The notes beneath the pieces were generated by a model. That model did not search any database and was not told the origin of the DNA. It saw only the letters and a list, made by a program, of their open reading frames with translations. From Streblomastix strix (Eukaryota): a DNA stretch of 32,539 bases. The stretch spans positions 1 through 32,539 of the forward strand of contig SNRW01000068.1 of assembly GCA_008636045.1 (NCBI GenBank). The letters run 5' to 3'. Shown in pieces: positions 1-12,206 of this stretch (within the stretch, counting starts at the first letter, position 1; every line of letters starts with the position of its first letter). Made by a program: the position numbers and the translations under genes.

Positions 1-1625
1 TTTTTGCTTAGGCTGGATGAAATTGATGGAACATCTTTAGGGTACGCAAAGTTAGCTTACGATATTACAGAATAGATGAATTGTTATAATATCTTTCTTT
101 CCAGTTTCGTCACTGATGGATGCATTGTAAAAGCAAGTGGCCTTGATCTTTCCAACGAAAAATCATTCGCCAATATATTTAATCCTAAATGCATGTTGCC
201 ATTTCATGTTCCATGTTTATGTCATCTTGTATAGAATGTATCAAAGCACGCAAGTTTATAATCGAAGTTCCTTCAAGATAATATTAATATTCTTCATGAA
301 TTAGCTTCATTGATTCGAAATAAAGATGTTGTATAATAAATCGGTGCTAGATGTCCAGCTCCAGTTGACACACGGTGGCTAATCTACTCAAAAATATCAA
401 ATTGAATATTAGATCGCAGAAATAAAGTACTCTAAAATGTTGATAAATCATTTCATCCTTTCATATAAATTCTACATCTTCTCTGCTGTGTTCTGGAACC
501 ACTTTCAGCATTAATAAAATTCTTTGAGTCAGATTACGCAAAAGCTTCTGATGTAATAATAATGGTGTATCAAGCACTGCAATATTATAATAACTTAGTT
601 AAGAACTTTTCTGAATTCCAAACTGGACCTTGGAGGAGCGTCATTGAAGTTATCGCTAATTGTCTTGAAGATTCATTTTTTGAAGGAAATAGTGGTTGCC
701 TTTTAGCATGATATACAGTTTTACACCACCTGGTGCACTTTCAATGTCGAAACATAATCTTCTATTATGCTTTGATCTTCATCCATGCCCTGAAAGAGAA
801 TAAATTCCAGTTCTATTAGATTATATGCAAAACCCTGAAGATATCAAATAAAAATAATTTAAATTGATAGATATAGAAACAGATAATGAGGAAATTTGGG
901 ATGAAGAAGAAATACAGAAATAAGACAAAAATGAAGATTTCAAACCTTTGAATGATGATGTAACATTTCAATTAGATGAAGTCAAACAACATAACCTGAG
1001 AAAGTTGGATAAGACAAAAAATGAGATCTAGCTAGAGTAAATGCTGTTTAGTATAATCCCACAGAAAGACATTCATTTGGAAGTATTACAAGAAATTGAC
1101 ACTATAGATTTTTATACAACATGTATAGATGAAGTTAAAGAATAAGTAAAGTTGATCTATAGGGTAATAACTAATCCTTCCAAAAGTGAGATTAATTAAG
1201 GTAGCAGAAAAAGTCAAATGCAGAAAGATAATGAAATAGATGATAATGAAAGCGCTATGAACTTGGAAAAAGAAAGTGAGAAAGATTAATAAAATAAAAA
1301 AGAAAATGGAAAGAAAGTGTGATTATCGGAAGAAATTACTGAAAAAATAATAGAATTTTGGAGCACAGATCGAGATATGGTACCAAACAAGAAATATCTG
1401 TCACGAGGAGCAATAGAATATTGGCAAAAGCGTGGGTTAGTGAGAGGGGACGTTGCAGTTGTAGACTTCTGCTTAAGAATGTTAACTCCATGTGCAAGTG
1501 AAGCACCTTGCGAAAGAATGATTTCAGAAAGTCGGCTCATTATTGGAGACAGAAGATGGAATACACTTCCAGGAACTTTATAAAGTATTATCTAAGTTGC
1601 ACAATCATTGAAAGTAAATGATTGA
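1..1625 (+). pseudogene. hAT-superfamily transposase, 5' part outside the window, degenerate
   Basis: With TAA/TAG=Gln, frame 1 gives SFVTDG (catalytic D), PCLCHLVQN (hAT CxxH) and PVDTRW. After a frameshift near 708, frame 3 gives the C-terminal dimerisation-type motif LTPCASEAPCERMIS and ends at TGA 1623-1625. In-frame TGA codons at 403-405 and 1320-1322. Confidence 0.88.
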
Positions 1626-2044
1626 ACTGAAGTAAAAATAGTACATAGTAACATAACATTCATAACACTAATTTATTTATATTTAACTATTTTTTATAAG
1701 CTTTTAATTGTTGAATTCAAATCCAAATCTGAATAAATAAAATTAGTAATATTATTTAACTGTTGAATCTTTTAATTATAAACTTTTTTATTAAATAATT
1801 TATGTTTAAAAAAAGTGAAATTGTTTATACTTATCTTTAATTGTTAAAATAGCATTCAAAAGTTCCAAAAACAGCATTGGTTTAATATCAAGATAATACT
1901 TCAAACATAAATTCTCTTCTGCTCTCTGTATCGTAGCAATTATGAGTAAAATAATATAAATATAAAATAAATTTATAGTTTATTTAATAATAATTATATG
2001 AAAATATACCTTATTAATAAATTGATAAAACTATTCAAATAACA

Positions 2045-2470
2045 TGTAGTCACTGATGCACTGATTGAATGGAGAGCACTAATGGATATAGTGTTCATTG
2101 GTTCCATTGGTGGGACCTTTTCAACAATATCCTAGATTACGTTAGTTTTCATCAGATAACTCTTAATTTTCTAAGCAATCTTATTGTTTCAAGAACTTGA
2201 GAGTATCAGCAACAAGATTTTCATCTTTAAATTTGGGTAAATCAGCTGTTTTATAATTTATATGCGAGGTATAAGCTCGTGTTCGCGAATTTGTTCATAA
2301 TTCGAAAATCCCGAATTAAACTCACCATAGCATGTTATAAGTATCAAAAATGTAGCTTCTACATGTGACGTATCTATAGTCATGATTTAGTGAAATTTTA
2401 ATTCCGTATGAAGCCTTTTATTGCGAAGAAGTAGTTGGTCTATTCGAACTTCCACTACGTACTTCTCTGA
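2045..2470 (-). pseudogene. Possible degenerate exon of a second, convergent gene inside the hAT element
   Basis: GC-richer island flanked by AT-rich intron-like DNA. It reads ...MVSLIRDFRIMNKFANTSLYLAYNYKTADLPKFKDENLVADTLKFLKQQDCLENQE... with several TGA codons and no recognisable domain. Confidence 0.3.
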
Positions 2471-2859
2471 ATTTAAAAATGAAAAATTTGAATTTTAAAT
2501 AAACAAAATTAAATATTCAATTTAAATTAATTTGGAAAGAATGAATTTGAATAATCATATAAAGCTAGAGATAGCAATTTAGATTAAATCCGGAAGATTG
2601 AAAGTATATTAACGAATATTTCCTATTTATTGTAATATTTTTAAAAGATAGTAAAGTTTAAAAAGTATAATTAAGAGCAGAGTTTGAAATATGCGCTAGG
2701 ATAGAGCAGGAAAGCAATTTATTCGTAATATTGTCAATGTTCTTTATACAAATTGAATGAATTTATGCATAAAATATATTAATTTTGAGATCACCTGTAT
2801 TAGTTTAAATGTGATTCGTGCAGGCAGAATTCATAGGTTAATTTAGTGCATAATGTGCT

Positions 2860-3158
2860 TATGGGGAATGAGCCAAACGGCTGGTTCAAGACATTGGCTT
2901 GGCTCAAGCCAGGACCATGGCTCATTCCCCATAGCGGCGTAAGTCTATTAATAAAAATATTTTCAAGTCAGTCCCGCAATTATTTTAACCAATATATATA
3001 TAATTATAATATATAATTATATGATATCAATTATATATATAAACTTTTCATTGAATCAAACAATTTATTGATAAAAATTATCAGTATTTTATATTTGAAA
3101 ATTTAAATATAGCCAAATCCTTGGCTCAAACTTTTTGTCCTGGCTGGCTCATATGCTA
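2860..3158. mobile_element. Probable right terminus and subterminal repeats of the hAT element
   Basis: Clustered TGGCTC/GAGCCA motifs and a perfect 16-bp inverted repeat TATGGGGAATGAGCCA (2860-2875 / 2918-2933). The end reads 5'-TAGCATATGAGCCAGCC on the minus strand from 3158, and the adjacent minus-strand ORF runs into this point. Confidence 0.6.
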
Positions 3159-3159
3159 T

Positions 3160-5123
3160 GTTATGTCTCATTTGGCATAGCTACCTTTCTAGTATCAAGT
3201 AGCTGCAAATTCTAATATTTATCTGCAATCTCTTGTTTTTTGCGAATAAGAAGTTTGAATTTGTCCGCAGAATTGACCTCACTGCCATGAACATCACTTG
3301 AGAAGTGCTAATCAATTGGAATTATTTGTTCAATTCGTAATTTTGACTGTAGGCTTCTTTACATTTGAAGAGATTGATACTGGTTGAGATAAAGGATATT
3401 ATAATTTAAAATATTGCTATTTCCATCAAACAATTTGTATTTCTCCAGATTAACCAACTTATTTACTTCACGTTTAAGACCTTCCAGTTACTCAGAATTT
3501 GCTTATTTAGTATCTTTGACAATAATAAACACAAAGTTTTATTCAAAGCTTTGGAATCCATTAATTGGCCTTGCAACTTGAATATCAACATTAACTGATG
3601 CTTATTCTGATTCTAATTCATTTTATTCTTATTTTTGTTAATCTTTATCTTTCACTTTTTTCTTTTGTTTATTCATTCTCCTATTTATGATTTGAGTTTG
3701 GGAGTTGTTTTAGCATTTGTTGAATGAAATCATCGTTTTCATCTTCTTACTCATTTCCAAACACTCCACTTAAAATATTTTGCTCTTTTTCAGTGTTTTC
3801 ATAAAGTTCTAGATTGAATGAACAACATACATTATCGAATAGCTTATTCAGAGTAAATTGACCAGAAGTGCTACAAAATAGTAATATAAATTAGAATATA
3901 ATAAAATAAAATATGAATAATAAATTAATTTCAACTACATTTAATTTTATAATTAAATCAATTCTAGCTCAAATATAATTATATAATTAAATTAATAATT
4001 GCATTTACAGCATAATAGGTATTATTCTCCAACTTCTGCAGTAGATCAATAGAGTATTAACGAACTTTTATGGGCTCTTTTGGAGTCATTTATTAATATT
4101 ATTATTAAACTATTATTTTTATTAAGGACCTTTCTAACTTGATGGCCTTGGACTATCAAAAGGAAAATTCACTGACCAGTTGAGCTCAATAACTGTATTT
4201 TTCTTCTGCTTCTATTTATTTGAATTAATCAGCTGTCGCATATTGATTTCAGGACTGTACTTTGAATCGCTCAATTATTTTGCGATCTAATTTTATCTCT
4301 GTATATCTTCTTTCCTAATTTGCTTTAGAAGAATCTTCTTTTCTCATCCTCCTTCACATAGAAGGAAAATAATGTTTTCTTTGTCATATTTCTTCAAATT
4401 CAAGTCATTTATCGTGAAAAGGAAATTATATGGCGATTGAATATTCCTAAAGATTAAAAGAATTTCTAACGAAATTGATTCATTTGCAAATTAAATCTTC
4501 TATGACAGATCATTTTTGGTTTATATATCTAATTACAGGGCATCAACTGACAATCTAATTTCTTTAAGTTTGTCAAGTACATTGATTGCAACAGCATCAA
4601 TCACATTCTTAATTTTAAATCCATTCACATAGACTAACAATTGTTCAATAAGCTTATCTAATGCATTCAAAACAAGCTTTATCTTCTCGTCAATCACTTT
4701 TCTTGTTTTGTCATTCTGCTCAATGTAGTTTCGTATTGGTTTTCGAGTAATCCTTTAAAGATGCTTTTCTTTTTCATTCGGACTGGACCCAATTCTTGAA
4801 TAATACATTTCTTGAAGAAAAAGATTGCTTGTTTTCAACAAACTTTCAATTTGCGTTGCGAGTTGAGAACTAATTGCAATTGTAGACTAATTAAAAGATA
4901 AAATAGGAACAAATTGTTATAAATTTTTTAATTTATAGTTTGATAATTTTGCTGTTACTACATTTATTATGGATTTAACTTTTGATTTGCATGAATTTGG
5001 AAGTTGGAAGAATTTAGCATATCTGTGGAAGGTTATGATTATATATAAATTCACCATTAAGTTCAGCAAGCATATCATCATTTATAGGAGGACAATCTTT
5101 CGTTTTAACATGTTTAGGGTCAA
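3160..5123 (-). pseudogene. 3' portion of a multi-exon gene of unknown function, interrupted by DIRS and truncated at the hAT end
   Basis: Long Gln-code frames (KLDPKHVKTKDCPP..., STIAISSQLATQIESLL..., TSGQFTLNKLFDNVCCSF...). GT-AG intron at about 4007-3872, one in-frame TGA at 4344-4346 and an apparent frameshift near 4100-4130. Confidence 0.65.
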
Positions 5124-5226
5124 GTTTATATTCCTCTGGGTTATAAACTACCTCCTGCAGAGATAATGAGCTCTTCGGTTGTTTATTGACTCTCAGGGCA
5201 CCCGCCAATGGGCACAGCCCGAAAAA
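5124..5226 (+). repeat. DIRS left inverted terminal repeat
   Basis: GAGCTCTTCGGTTGTTTATTGACTCTCAGGGCACCCGCCAATGGGCACAGCCCGAAAAA is the near-perfect reverse complement of 10201-10260. The stretch 5124-5195 is complementary to the ICR at 9877-9947. Confidence 0.92.
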
Positions 5227-5439
5227 GTCTTTGCATTGCAGAAAAGGAGTAATAATCAAGTTCATCGCAAGAGCAAGGTTCCTCGGCGTACGACGAAGAC
5301 AGAAAAACACTCCTTGTTCTGGCATTCATTCCCAAACCTAAAATTGAAGCCTTTTTAGCGGACTAAGGTTTTGTCCTACTGACTTTCGACAAGGACGACC
5401 AACATTTTAGAGATAACTTGGATGCACTCAAGATATACA

Positions 5440-6680
5440 TGATAGGTAAACAAATGGCGTTCGAGGACCTAACCTAGAGATTTCCAGCGATGAACAATAC
5501 ATTTTCGAAAACGAAGACGCACCAGAAGATGATCTACGCGCAGAAAGTCAATAACTAGGAAGAGCCGCTCTGATTATTTATGGAGCATGATCCTAGAGCA
5601 TGGCTTATCGCGAATAGTAAGCTTGGATAGTTTACAGCGCTATTACCGCTTCCCAGCGCACCTCCAGCGAACACAGCTTCATGCATCGATGATTCGGACT
5701 AGGATTTTCACGCGCAATAGAAAAAGAAGCGCAAACGAATAGAAAGGTTCCTTTCTGAATCTACGTGTAGCAACAACAGCTCAAGATCCACTAGACATCA
5801 CAGTATACATTCAAGAAGGCGCAAGCGCAAAAGATAAGGAGTTTCAGCCTCGAATTCATGCAGATCTACTCGAAAAAGATCATCACGAAGAGAAAAGCAT
5901 CATATTCGACATCACCACCATTAACACCGCCACAGAGATGGTGAATTTCGGAAAGAAATGGCCAAAATAGTGGGAGTTTACTGACCTTTTCAGTTTGACC
6001 TGGATAAGATAGAACCTAGAGATTCATGGAGGAGGTAAGCAGAATAAAATAGGTGGCGATACGGGAATCTGTTGTCTACTTCGGAACCAGCTGAAATACA
6101 GCCAAATGAAATGTCACACGCATATGCTGACTGCGCCAGAGCTGTTTCACTTGCGGAGAGTGCGCTGATAGCTTAGATTCATCACATTATACCTAATGAA
6201 CCACTATACAGATATCTAATTGATGCAAATATCATATGAATAACTGCAGGAGCGCGCCTAAGGTCGATTCGTTTTGCACCTTCTTCTTAAGGATAAAGTA
6301 GCAGTTAAGCATCTGGCAACTATAGACCTGCACCAGCTTAAGCCCCACCTACATACGAGAACGCACCGTATTTCGGGACGCGCAACAATTATAGGGAAAG
6401 ATGGCTCAGGCAACCGAATGATAATCATCGAACGTAGAATCGCGAGAGACGCGTGGAGCAGAATGCTCAATGATTGAAATCGATGGAATGAGAAGTATGA
6501 GAGCAGTATGGAGCTTAGAGCCACATGGAGAAAAATGAAGCATCAGATGGAGATGGCGAATTGTTAGGGTGACTGTTAACAATAAACACACAGATTCAAT
6601 TGTTTGTGAGTTGCTATCGAGCAACAATTTTTATATAGCAACCAGCTGTGGAGATCAATGCGATTTAAACTTAAGTTCAG
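5440..6680 (+). pseudogene. DIRS ORF1 (gag-like), frameshifted
   Basis: Lies between the left ITR and the RT. Coding-like, R/S/E-rich segments broken by TGA codons and frameshifts; called from position, no motif recognised. Confidence 0.55.
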
Positions 6681-6683
6681 TAC

Positions 6684-8150
6684 AAAGTGGGCGCCAGATT
6701 ATTGAACTTCTTGCCGCAATGGAGATCGTTAGACCAGAGCGATAGAATGCTAAGAGGTATAACGCTTACCTGGAGAGACCAAAGCTGTGCGCATAATCTA
6801 GAAGTCCTAATACATAAGACGATTTTCAAAAAAGACTAAGAAGCACACTCGAACTTATCCAAGATTATCTAATAAGAGCTGGAAAACGACGTTATAACCA
6901 AGGTCCCGTTCTCTTTCATAAAGTGCTGGAATCCAATTTTCGCGGTCCCAAAAAAGAAAGGAGGCTGGAGGAAGATCTTGGACTGTCGAATTTTGAATAA
7001 CAAGTTGAAAATAGATTATTTCAAGTTGGAGGGAATAACAGACATTCATGAAATAATAATGCCCAACGATTGGGCTACAACAATAGACCTGCATTAAGCC
7101 TTCCATTACATTAGAATAGCAGAAGAGATGCGACCATATCTATACATTAGCTTTAATGATCTCTCTTATAGCTACAAAGAAATGCAGTTTGGAGTTTCAA
7201 TGGTCTCGAAAACATTTACAAAATGCCTCCAACCAGTAATAGCAGATGCTAGGAAGCGATGCTGCTCACGGATATTCATCCAGATAGACGATTTTCTGAT
7301 CCTGAGTTAGGTTCCCACAATACTACAACGCGAAATGTAACAAATATTGAAGATTCTATAAGAGTTTGGTTGGATAACCGCAATGGACAAGTGCCAGATC
7401 AATCCGACGAAAATAGTCGAGGTCTTGAGCTTGCAGTGGAACATTAGAACAATGACAATGCAAACGACAATTTCCCGAAGGAGAGGAGTGTTGAAGTAAC
7501 AAAAACATCTGAGCGAACTAGCCAAGAGAATGAAACACGTAAGAACAGGGTACTTGGCATCGGTAATTGGCGAGATCCAACACATAAGAAACAATTTAAA
7601 CGAGGCGAACTTCACATCAAGTTGCTCTAAAAGTTGAAGGACAACGAAGTAGCCAGCAGAGGTTGGAAAAAGTGAAGTCAACTCAATAGGAGCGCGATAC
7701 CAAACAAAACTTGGTGGATTAAAAAGTTAGCCATAATCAACCATTGTGCTACACGAAACCTAACAAACGGATAACGATCCAGACAGATTCTTCAAGTTCA
7801 GGTTAAGGGGCAACGCAAACCAGAGAGAACCAAGAGAAGGTGTTCGCACACGGAGAGTGGAAGGACAATTACCTTAAGAGTTCTAATCAACGAGAAGTGA
7901 CAGCAGTTCTGAAAGCACTCCCAGAGTTCCGTCAAGAATTGATCTAATAACAGCCTATTGGAATACTATTACTCATAGATAACACAGTTACAATGTACTA
8001 CCTCAATAAGGACAAAGGAACAATTACGATCGCTCAACTGGTAGACAAAGTCCTCAAATTAGCAGAGCAATATAACGGGACAATATAAGCAAATCATATT
8101 TATGGCCTTTATAACACTATATCGGACAGCATAACAAAGGTTTGTAGATG
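6684..8150 (+). pseudogene. DIRS reverse transcriptase and RNase H
   Basis: VGARLLNFLPQW, WNPIFAVPKKKGGWRKILDCRILN, TIDLHQAFHYI, MQFG, and IQIDDFLIL (YxDD degraded to QIDD at 7281-7292). RNase H motifs IQTDSS, SSNQREVTAV and LIDNTVT. Frameshift(s) after about 7590. Confidence 0.92.
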
Positions 8151-8214
8151 CGGAGATTACGCAATCAAGAAAGAAGTTCTTTAAAAGATACTAAAGGAGC
8201 TTAGGATTTAGATC

Positions 8215-8480
8215 TCTATGGATATATTTGCAATATGCGCGAACCAACAATGTACGAAGTATAGCTGTATCACCAAAGACAAGTTTGCTGTTAAGCGAAA
8301 GGGATTCAAGCTATAATGGTCAAAGGAAATTCCACTACTTCACTCACCAATCTCTTGACTACTGAATGCTATCAGGAAAGTCAGGAAAGAACGAGTTCCA
8401 ATAGCAGTCTTGATAGCACCAGAATGGCCCAATCAGAAGTGGTTTATAAAGCTAAGAAAGATTGCTACACAGAATATATG
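8215..8480 (+). pseudogene. DIRS DNA N6-adenine methyltransferase-like domain
   Basis: MDIFAICANQQCTKY (DLFA...N motif), LLHSPIS (degraded HPP/NPP motif) and LIAPEWPNQKWF, as found downstream of RNase H in DIRS1 elements. TGA at 8356-8358. Confidence 0.75.
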
Positions 8481-8589
8481 CCTAGAGGAGAGTACGCAAG
8501 TCTTAGTAATTGGAGCGAAACATAGAAGCAAAGGCAGGGCGCTCCCACTTGGATCGATTTACCTTTTTTAATGGGAGTTATGATGGAGA

Positions 8590-9640
8590 AAAGCTTTTTT
8601 GATCGCAGTTACAAGCTAGAGGACAGAGCTCCAATTCAGTAGACCGAGTCATTTCTAATTGGTCCAGCCAGTGGAGAACATACATTTAAGGACTCACGTT
8701 GCTAGCAGGATACCTCTAGAGGATCTTTCAACAGTCTGACTACCTTTTAAATCTAGAACAACCATAGATCTTCATGGCAAACTATTTGGAAGATGCAATA
8801 AGTCAAAAATGTTCTGATAACTCAGTCAAGAATCAACGATGTGCACTAGCAGTATTGCTCAAGTTCATAGGATACTCAGAACAATAGATCCACTCTGATC
8901 TGGTCAAATAGCTTATGCGAAAGATTAGAATGCGGCTTAGATAAACAGACAAAGAAAAGCAGATCTGGGATCTAGACATTTTATTAAATTACATTAAACA
9001 ATAGGTTCCGCTATTAGAACAAGGTCTCCTGACAGTATAACAAAGGAGAGCAATAGCTGCAACACTAGTGATGGTGTTCACAGTAGCTAGGTTGGCGGAA
9101 TTGCATAGAGCAACACTGCTTAGCACATCGGATGATGAGTACATAATTCAAACGACCATTCTAAAGTCCCCTCAAAGAATCGCTGAATACAAGATTTGCA
9201 AGATTCCTGAAGAGAGAATCTGCCCACTGCGTTGGTTAAAGTCCTGGTTTGCTGATAGATAACCAGGCATTCCAAACAAAGCCCAAGAACTCTGGAGGAT
9301 CAGCCATGCGGAGAGATACATCCAAGCAGATGATATTAGCAAAGCCATAAGAGCAGTAATGATTTCTGCTGGCATTAGCAAGACTTATTCAGTTACCTCC
9401 ATTAGAGCTGCGGCAATTACCAAACTCCTAAAACATAATGTCAGCAGTGTGAAAGTTGATAGATTCACTCACCACTCTGACACTGCCTCCAAAGCAAGGC
9501 AATACTATGACAAGAATAAGAACATTAAAGCCAGAGAAGTACTTGGCCAGACTGAAGAGGAACTCGACAATGAAGAAGATGAAGAACAAGAGAGAACACT
9601 CCTAGAAGAGATCGAACATGAGAGATCCAATGTCGAATAG
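8590..9640 (+). CDS. DIRS tyrosine recombinase; the frame continues into an acidic tail towards the ICR
   Basis: Continuous Gln-code frame with IWDLDILLNYI, VARLAEL (catalytic R), ICPLRWL, TSIRAAAIT (HxxR position), RFTHHS and RQYYDK (catalytic Y region). Confidence 0.88.
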
Positions 9641-9876
9641 AAAATATCAATCCCTGTTGGGGTTCTTTCTCCAGGCTTGAGCCACCTGGAGTTTTCTTAA
9701 CCCCTCAGTGGCATCCACATCACCGAAACACAGTCCTCTATTGAGATCGAGGACACTTTTTAAACATTTTTATAATATTCCAGGACTCCAACTGAAGTAG
9801 TGGAAGTCTAAAAGGCTCAATAAGATGCTGCGACTGCGGAAGAAGTAGCCCGACTCTTATATCCTTTCAATATTGG

Positions 9877-9982
9877 GAGAGTCAATAAACAACCGTAGAG
9901 CTCACTATCTCTATAGGAGGTAGTTTATAACTCGGAAGAAAATAAACAATCCTCCAGAAGAGATATGAGCTCTTCGTTTGTC
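9877..9982 (+). repeat. DIRS internal complementary region (ICR)
   Basis: 9877-9947 is complementary to the left terminus (5124-5195) and 9941-9982 to the right terminus (~10246-10285). The two halves overlap at ATAAAC (9942-9947). Confidence 0.93.
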
Positions 9983-10200
9983 TCACCATATTATGATGTT
10001 CCCACCCTTGGGAATTTGGGGCAAACGGAGAGTTCAGTAGTCTAGACATAGAGTAGTACTGATGAAGAGCATGAAGCGCCAATGCAAAAAGAAAAAGAAA
10101 CAGGTGTCTCATGAATATGAAATGCTTTCACATGTTCCAGTTCCTGAAACACAGTTTATTTTATTATATTTACTATTTATTTATTTGACCATGTCACGAT

Positions 10201-10284
10201 TTTTCCGGGCTGGGCCCATTGGTGGGTGCCCTGTGAATCAATAAACAAACGAAGAGCACGTATCTCTACTGGATGATTGTTTAT
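10201..10284 (+). repeat. DIRS right inverted terminal repeat plus right extension
   Basis: TTTTCCGGGCTGGGCCCATTGGTGGGTGCCCTGTGAATCAATAAACAAACGAAGAGC is the inverted copy of the left ITR and ends in GTTTAT at 10279-10284. Confidence 0.92.
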
Positions 10285-10360
10285 TCAGGGCGGATTAAAA
10301 TTCATCTAATTATCCTTACATTTATTTGTATTTCTCAAATTTTTATTACTACATCTACAT
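10285..10360 (-). pseudogene. 5' end of the gene interrupted by the DIRS element
   Basis: ATG at 10360 gives MQMQQQKFEKYKQMQGQLDEFQSALN, which joins in frame to KLDPKHVKT (5123 downward) when the element is removed leaving one GTTTAT. Confidence 0.8.
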
Positions 10361-11582
10361 TATTTTAAAAATAAGTATTTAAATATAAATTTAATAGTAA
10401 TTAGATAAAATAAATGGTTTAAGATACAATTTAAAATACTTCACTTTTAATATTAAATTTTAACAATTTAAATATAATTAAGTTTCTTATTAATAAAAAT
10501 AATGATTAATTATTTTTTTTAAAAAAAAATAGGACTAATTTTGCCGTATCAAATATTTTTATATTTTATTCTATATTCTTTAAAATCGAAACTTGATTGG
10601 AGCTCGCAGACAGTAACTATTTTTTGTTGATTAGAATAAAATGTTAGTATCGTGCCCCGATTTTTTGTTTTTATAATTTGGAAAAAATTGGTGCTAATAA
10701 AAAAACTGCTATTTAAAGCCAAAATCCCCATACTGACTTGAAAAAATTTTCTATAAAGGGGGGTACGGAACCAAATATAGCATTATAATAGTCACATTCT
10801 ATAATTTAAAACTAAAAAGTTTAATTAGCGCAACACGTTACGAAAATGCGTCGTTAGAAAAATTGAATAAAAAATTTTTTTTTTGAAATTTATAATATAT
10901 AATCAGTTAATTTATATAAAATTAATATATTTTTTATGAATTTAATTAAAAACTATCTAAATTTTAAATATAATTGACAATTATTATAAATTCCAATTTA
11001 GGCATGATTTTTTTTTAATGGGTGCGATCTGTTATTCCTTTTTTTTTGGTAAAATGCATTTTTTAACTAATATTACGTCACTTCATATTTAATTGTTAAA
11101 ATAAAACATTAATTTTAAGTTTTACACCAGAAATAAAGCGTTTTACGCAAAAAAATTATTTTTTTATTCGACCATTATACCATTTTTGTTTATTCTACAA
11201 ATTTTCATTAATTTTTTTATTTTATGTCAGTTAAATTTCTAATTTTGCATTTAATAAACTTCTTTGATCAAAATATTAATTTTATTATAAATTTTTGTTT
11301 TTCTCCTTCGGATTTAAATAATTTTCGTTTATTTTATAAATTTATTTTTAATTATTTATTTTAACCTTAATTGTTTTAAAAAAATTTAAAGTTTTATTTG
11401 TTATACCGAAAAATTTGGTATTTTATTTTTTATCAAAATCTCTCTTCTCCCTGCAACAATATATTCCAATTTAACTTTTTTTTAAATATTTAAAAAAATT
11501 TTAAAATTATATAAAACTAATTCATAATATTTACTTTTATTTACTAAATTTATTCAAAATTAAATTTAATTTAATCCACAGT

Positions 11583-11870
11583 ATTTTTTTAATTTAATTT
11601 AAATCCAGTTCACTGGATATTTTTTAATTTAATTTAAATCCAGTTCACTGGATATTTTTTTAATTTAATTTAAATCCAGTTCACTGGAAATTTTTTTAAT
11701 TTAATTTAAATCCAGTTCACAGGATATTTTTTTAATTTAATTTAAATCCAGTTCACTGGATATTTTATTAATTTATTTTAAGTCCAGTTCATTGGATATT
11801 TTATTAATTTATTTTAAATCCAGTTCACTGGATATTTTTTTAATTTAATTTAAATCTAGTCTACTAAATA
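11583..11870. repeat. Minisatellite with a 35-36 bp unit, 7 good copies plus 1 degenerate, each with an internal palindrome
   Basis: Unit TTTTTTTAATTTAATTTAAATCCAGTTCACTGGATA. Cores at about 11604, 11639, 11675, 11711, 11747, 11783, 11819 and 11855. Confidence 0.95.
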
Positions 11871-12206
11871 TTTTTTTATTTCAATCCAATCATTTAAATA
11901 TTTTTTGTTTTATTTAAAAACTGTCTACAGATTAAATTAATTTATATTATTTTAATTATAATTAACTTGATCTTTATTTTTTAATTTATTATATAATCCA
12001 TTTGATCTTTTTTTAAATTTCATTAAAAAATTTCTTCATATTATTAATTTTCAATTTATTTTCAATTATATATATTCATTCATATTTTAATTTAAATTTA
12101 ATTCCAAATAGAATAATTCTAAAATTTAATTTAATTTTATATTTAAATATAATTTATTTTCTATTTTTTTATTTTTGTTAATATTTGTCAGGTAGTCATT
12201 TTTAAA

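Larger units (their letters stand above)
5124..10284 (+). mobile_element. Full-length DIRS1-type tyrosine-recombinase retrotransposon, degenerate
   Basis: ITRs (~5160-5226 vs ~10201-10267), an internal complementary region at 9877-9982, GTTTAT at both ends, and the gene order ORF1, RT, RNase H, methyltransferase-like, tyrosine recombinase. Confidence 0.95.

Noticed and set aside
4160..4520. A run of about eight TGA codons that looked like Trp in the minus-strand gene
   Set aside because: They belong to a wrong reading frame. The frame continuous with the upstream exon has only one TGA (4344-4346).
5124..10284. Ty3/gypsy LTR retrotransposon
   Set aside because: There are no direct LTRs and no DDE integrase. 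Inverted repeats, an ICR and a tyrosine recombinase identify DIRS.
10540..10870. Helitron 5' end (A|TC) near 10549
   Set aside because: Plausible, but several TC candidates exist and no 3' hairpin-CTRR end was found to corroborate it, so the boundary cannot be fixed.
11583..11870. CRISPR array (palindromic repeats with ~36 bp period)
   Set aside because: The intervening sequences are near-identical A/T linkers, not unique spacers. No cas genes were seen and the context is eukaryotic.
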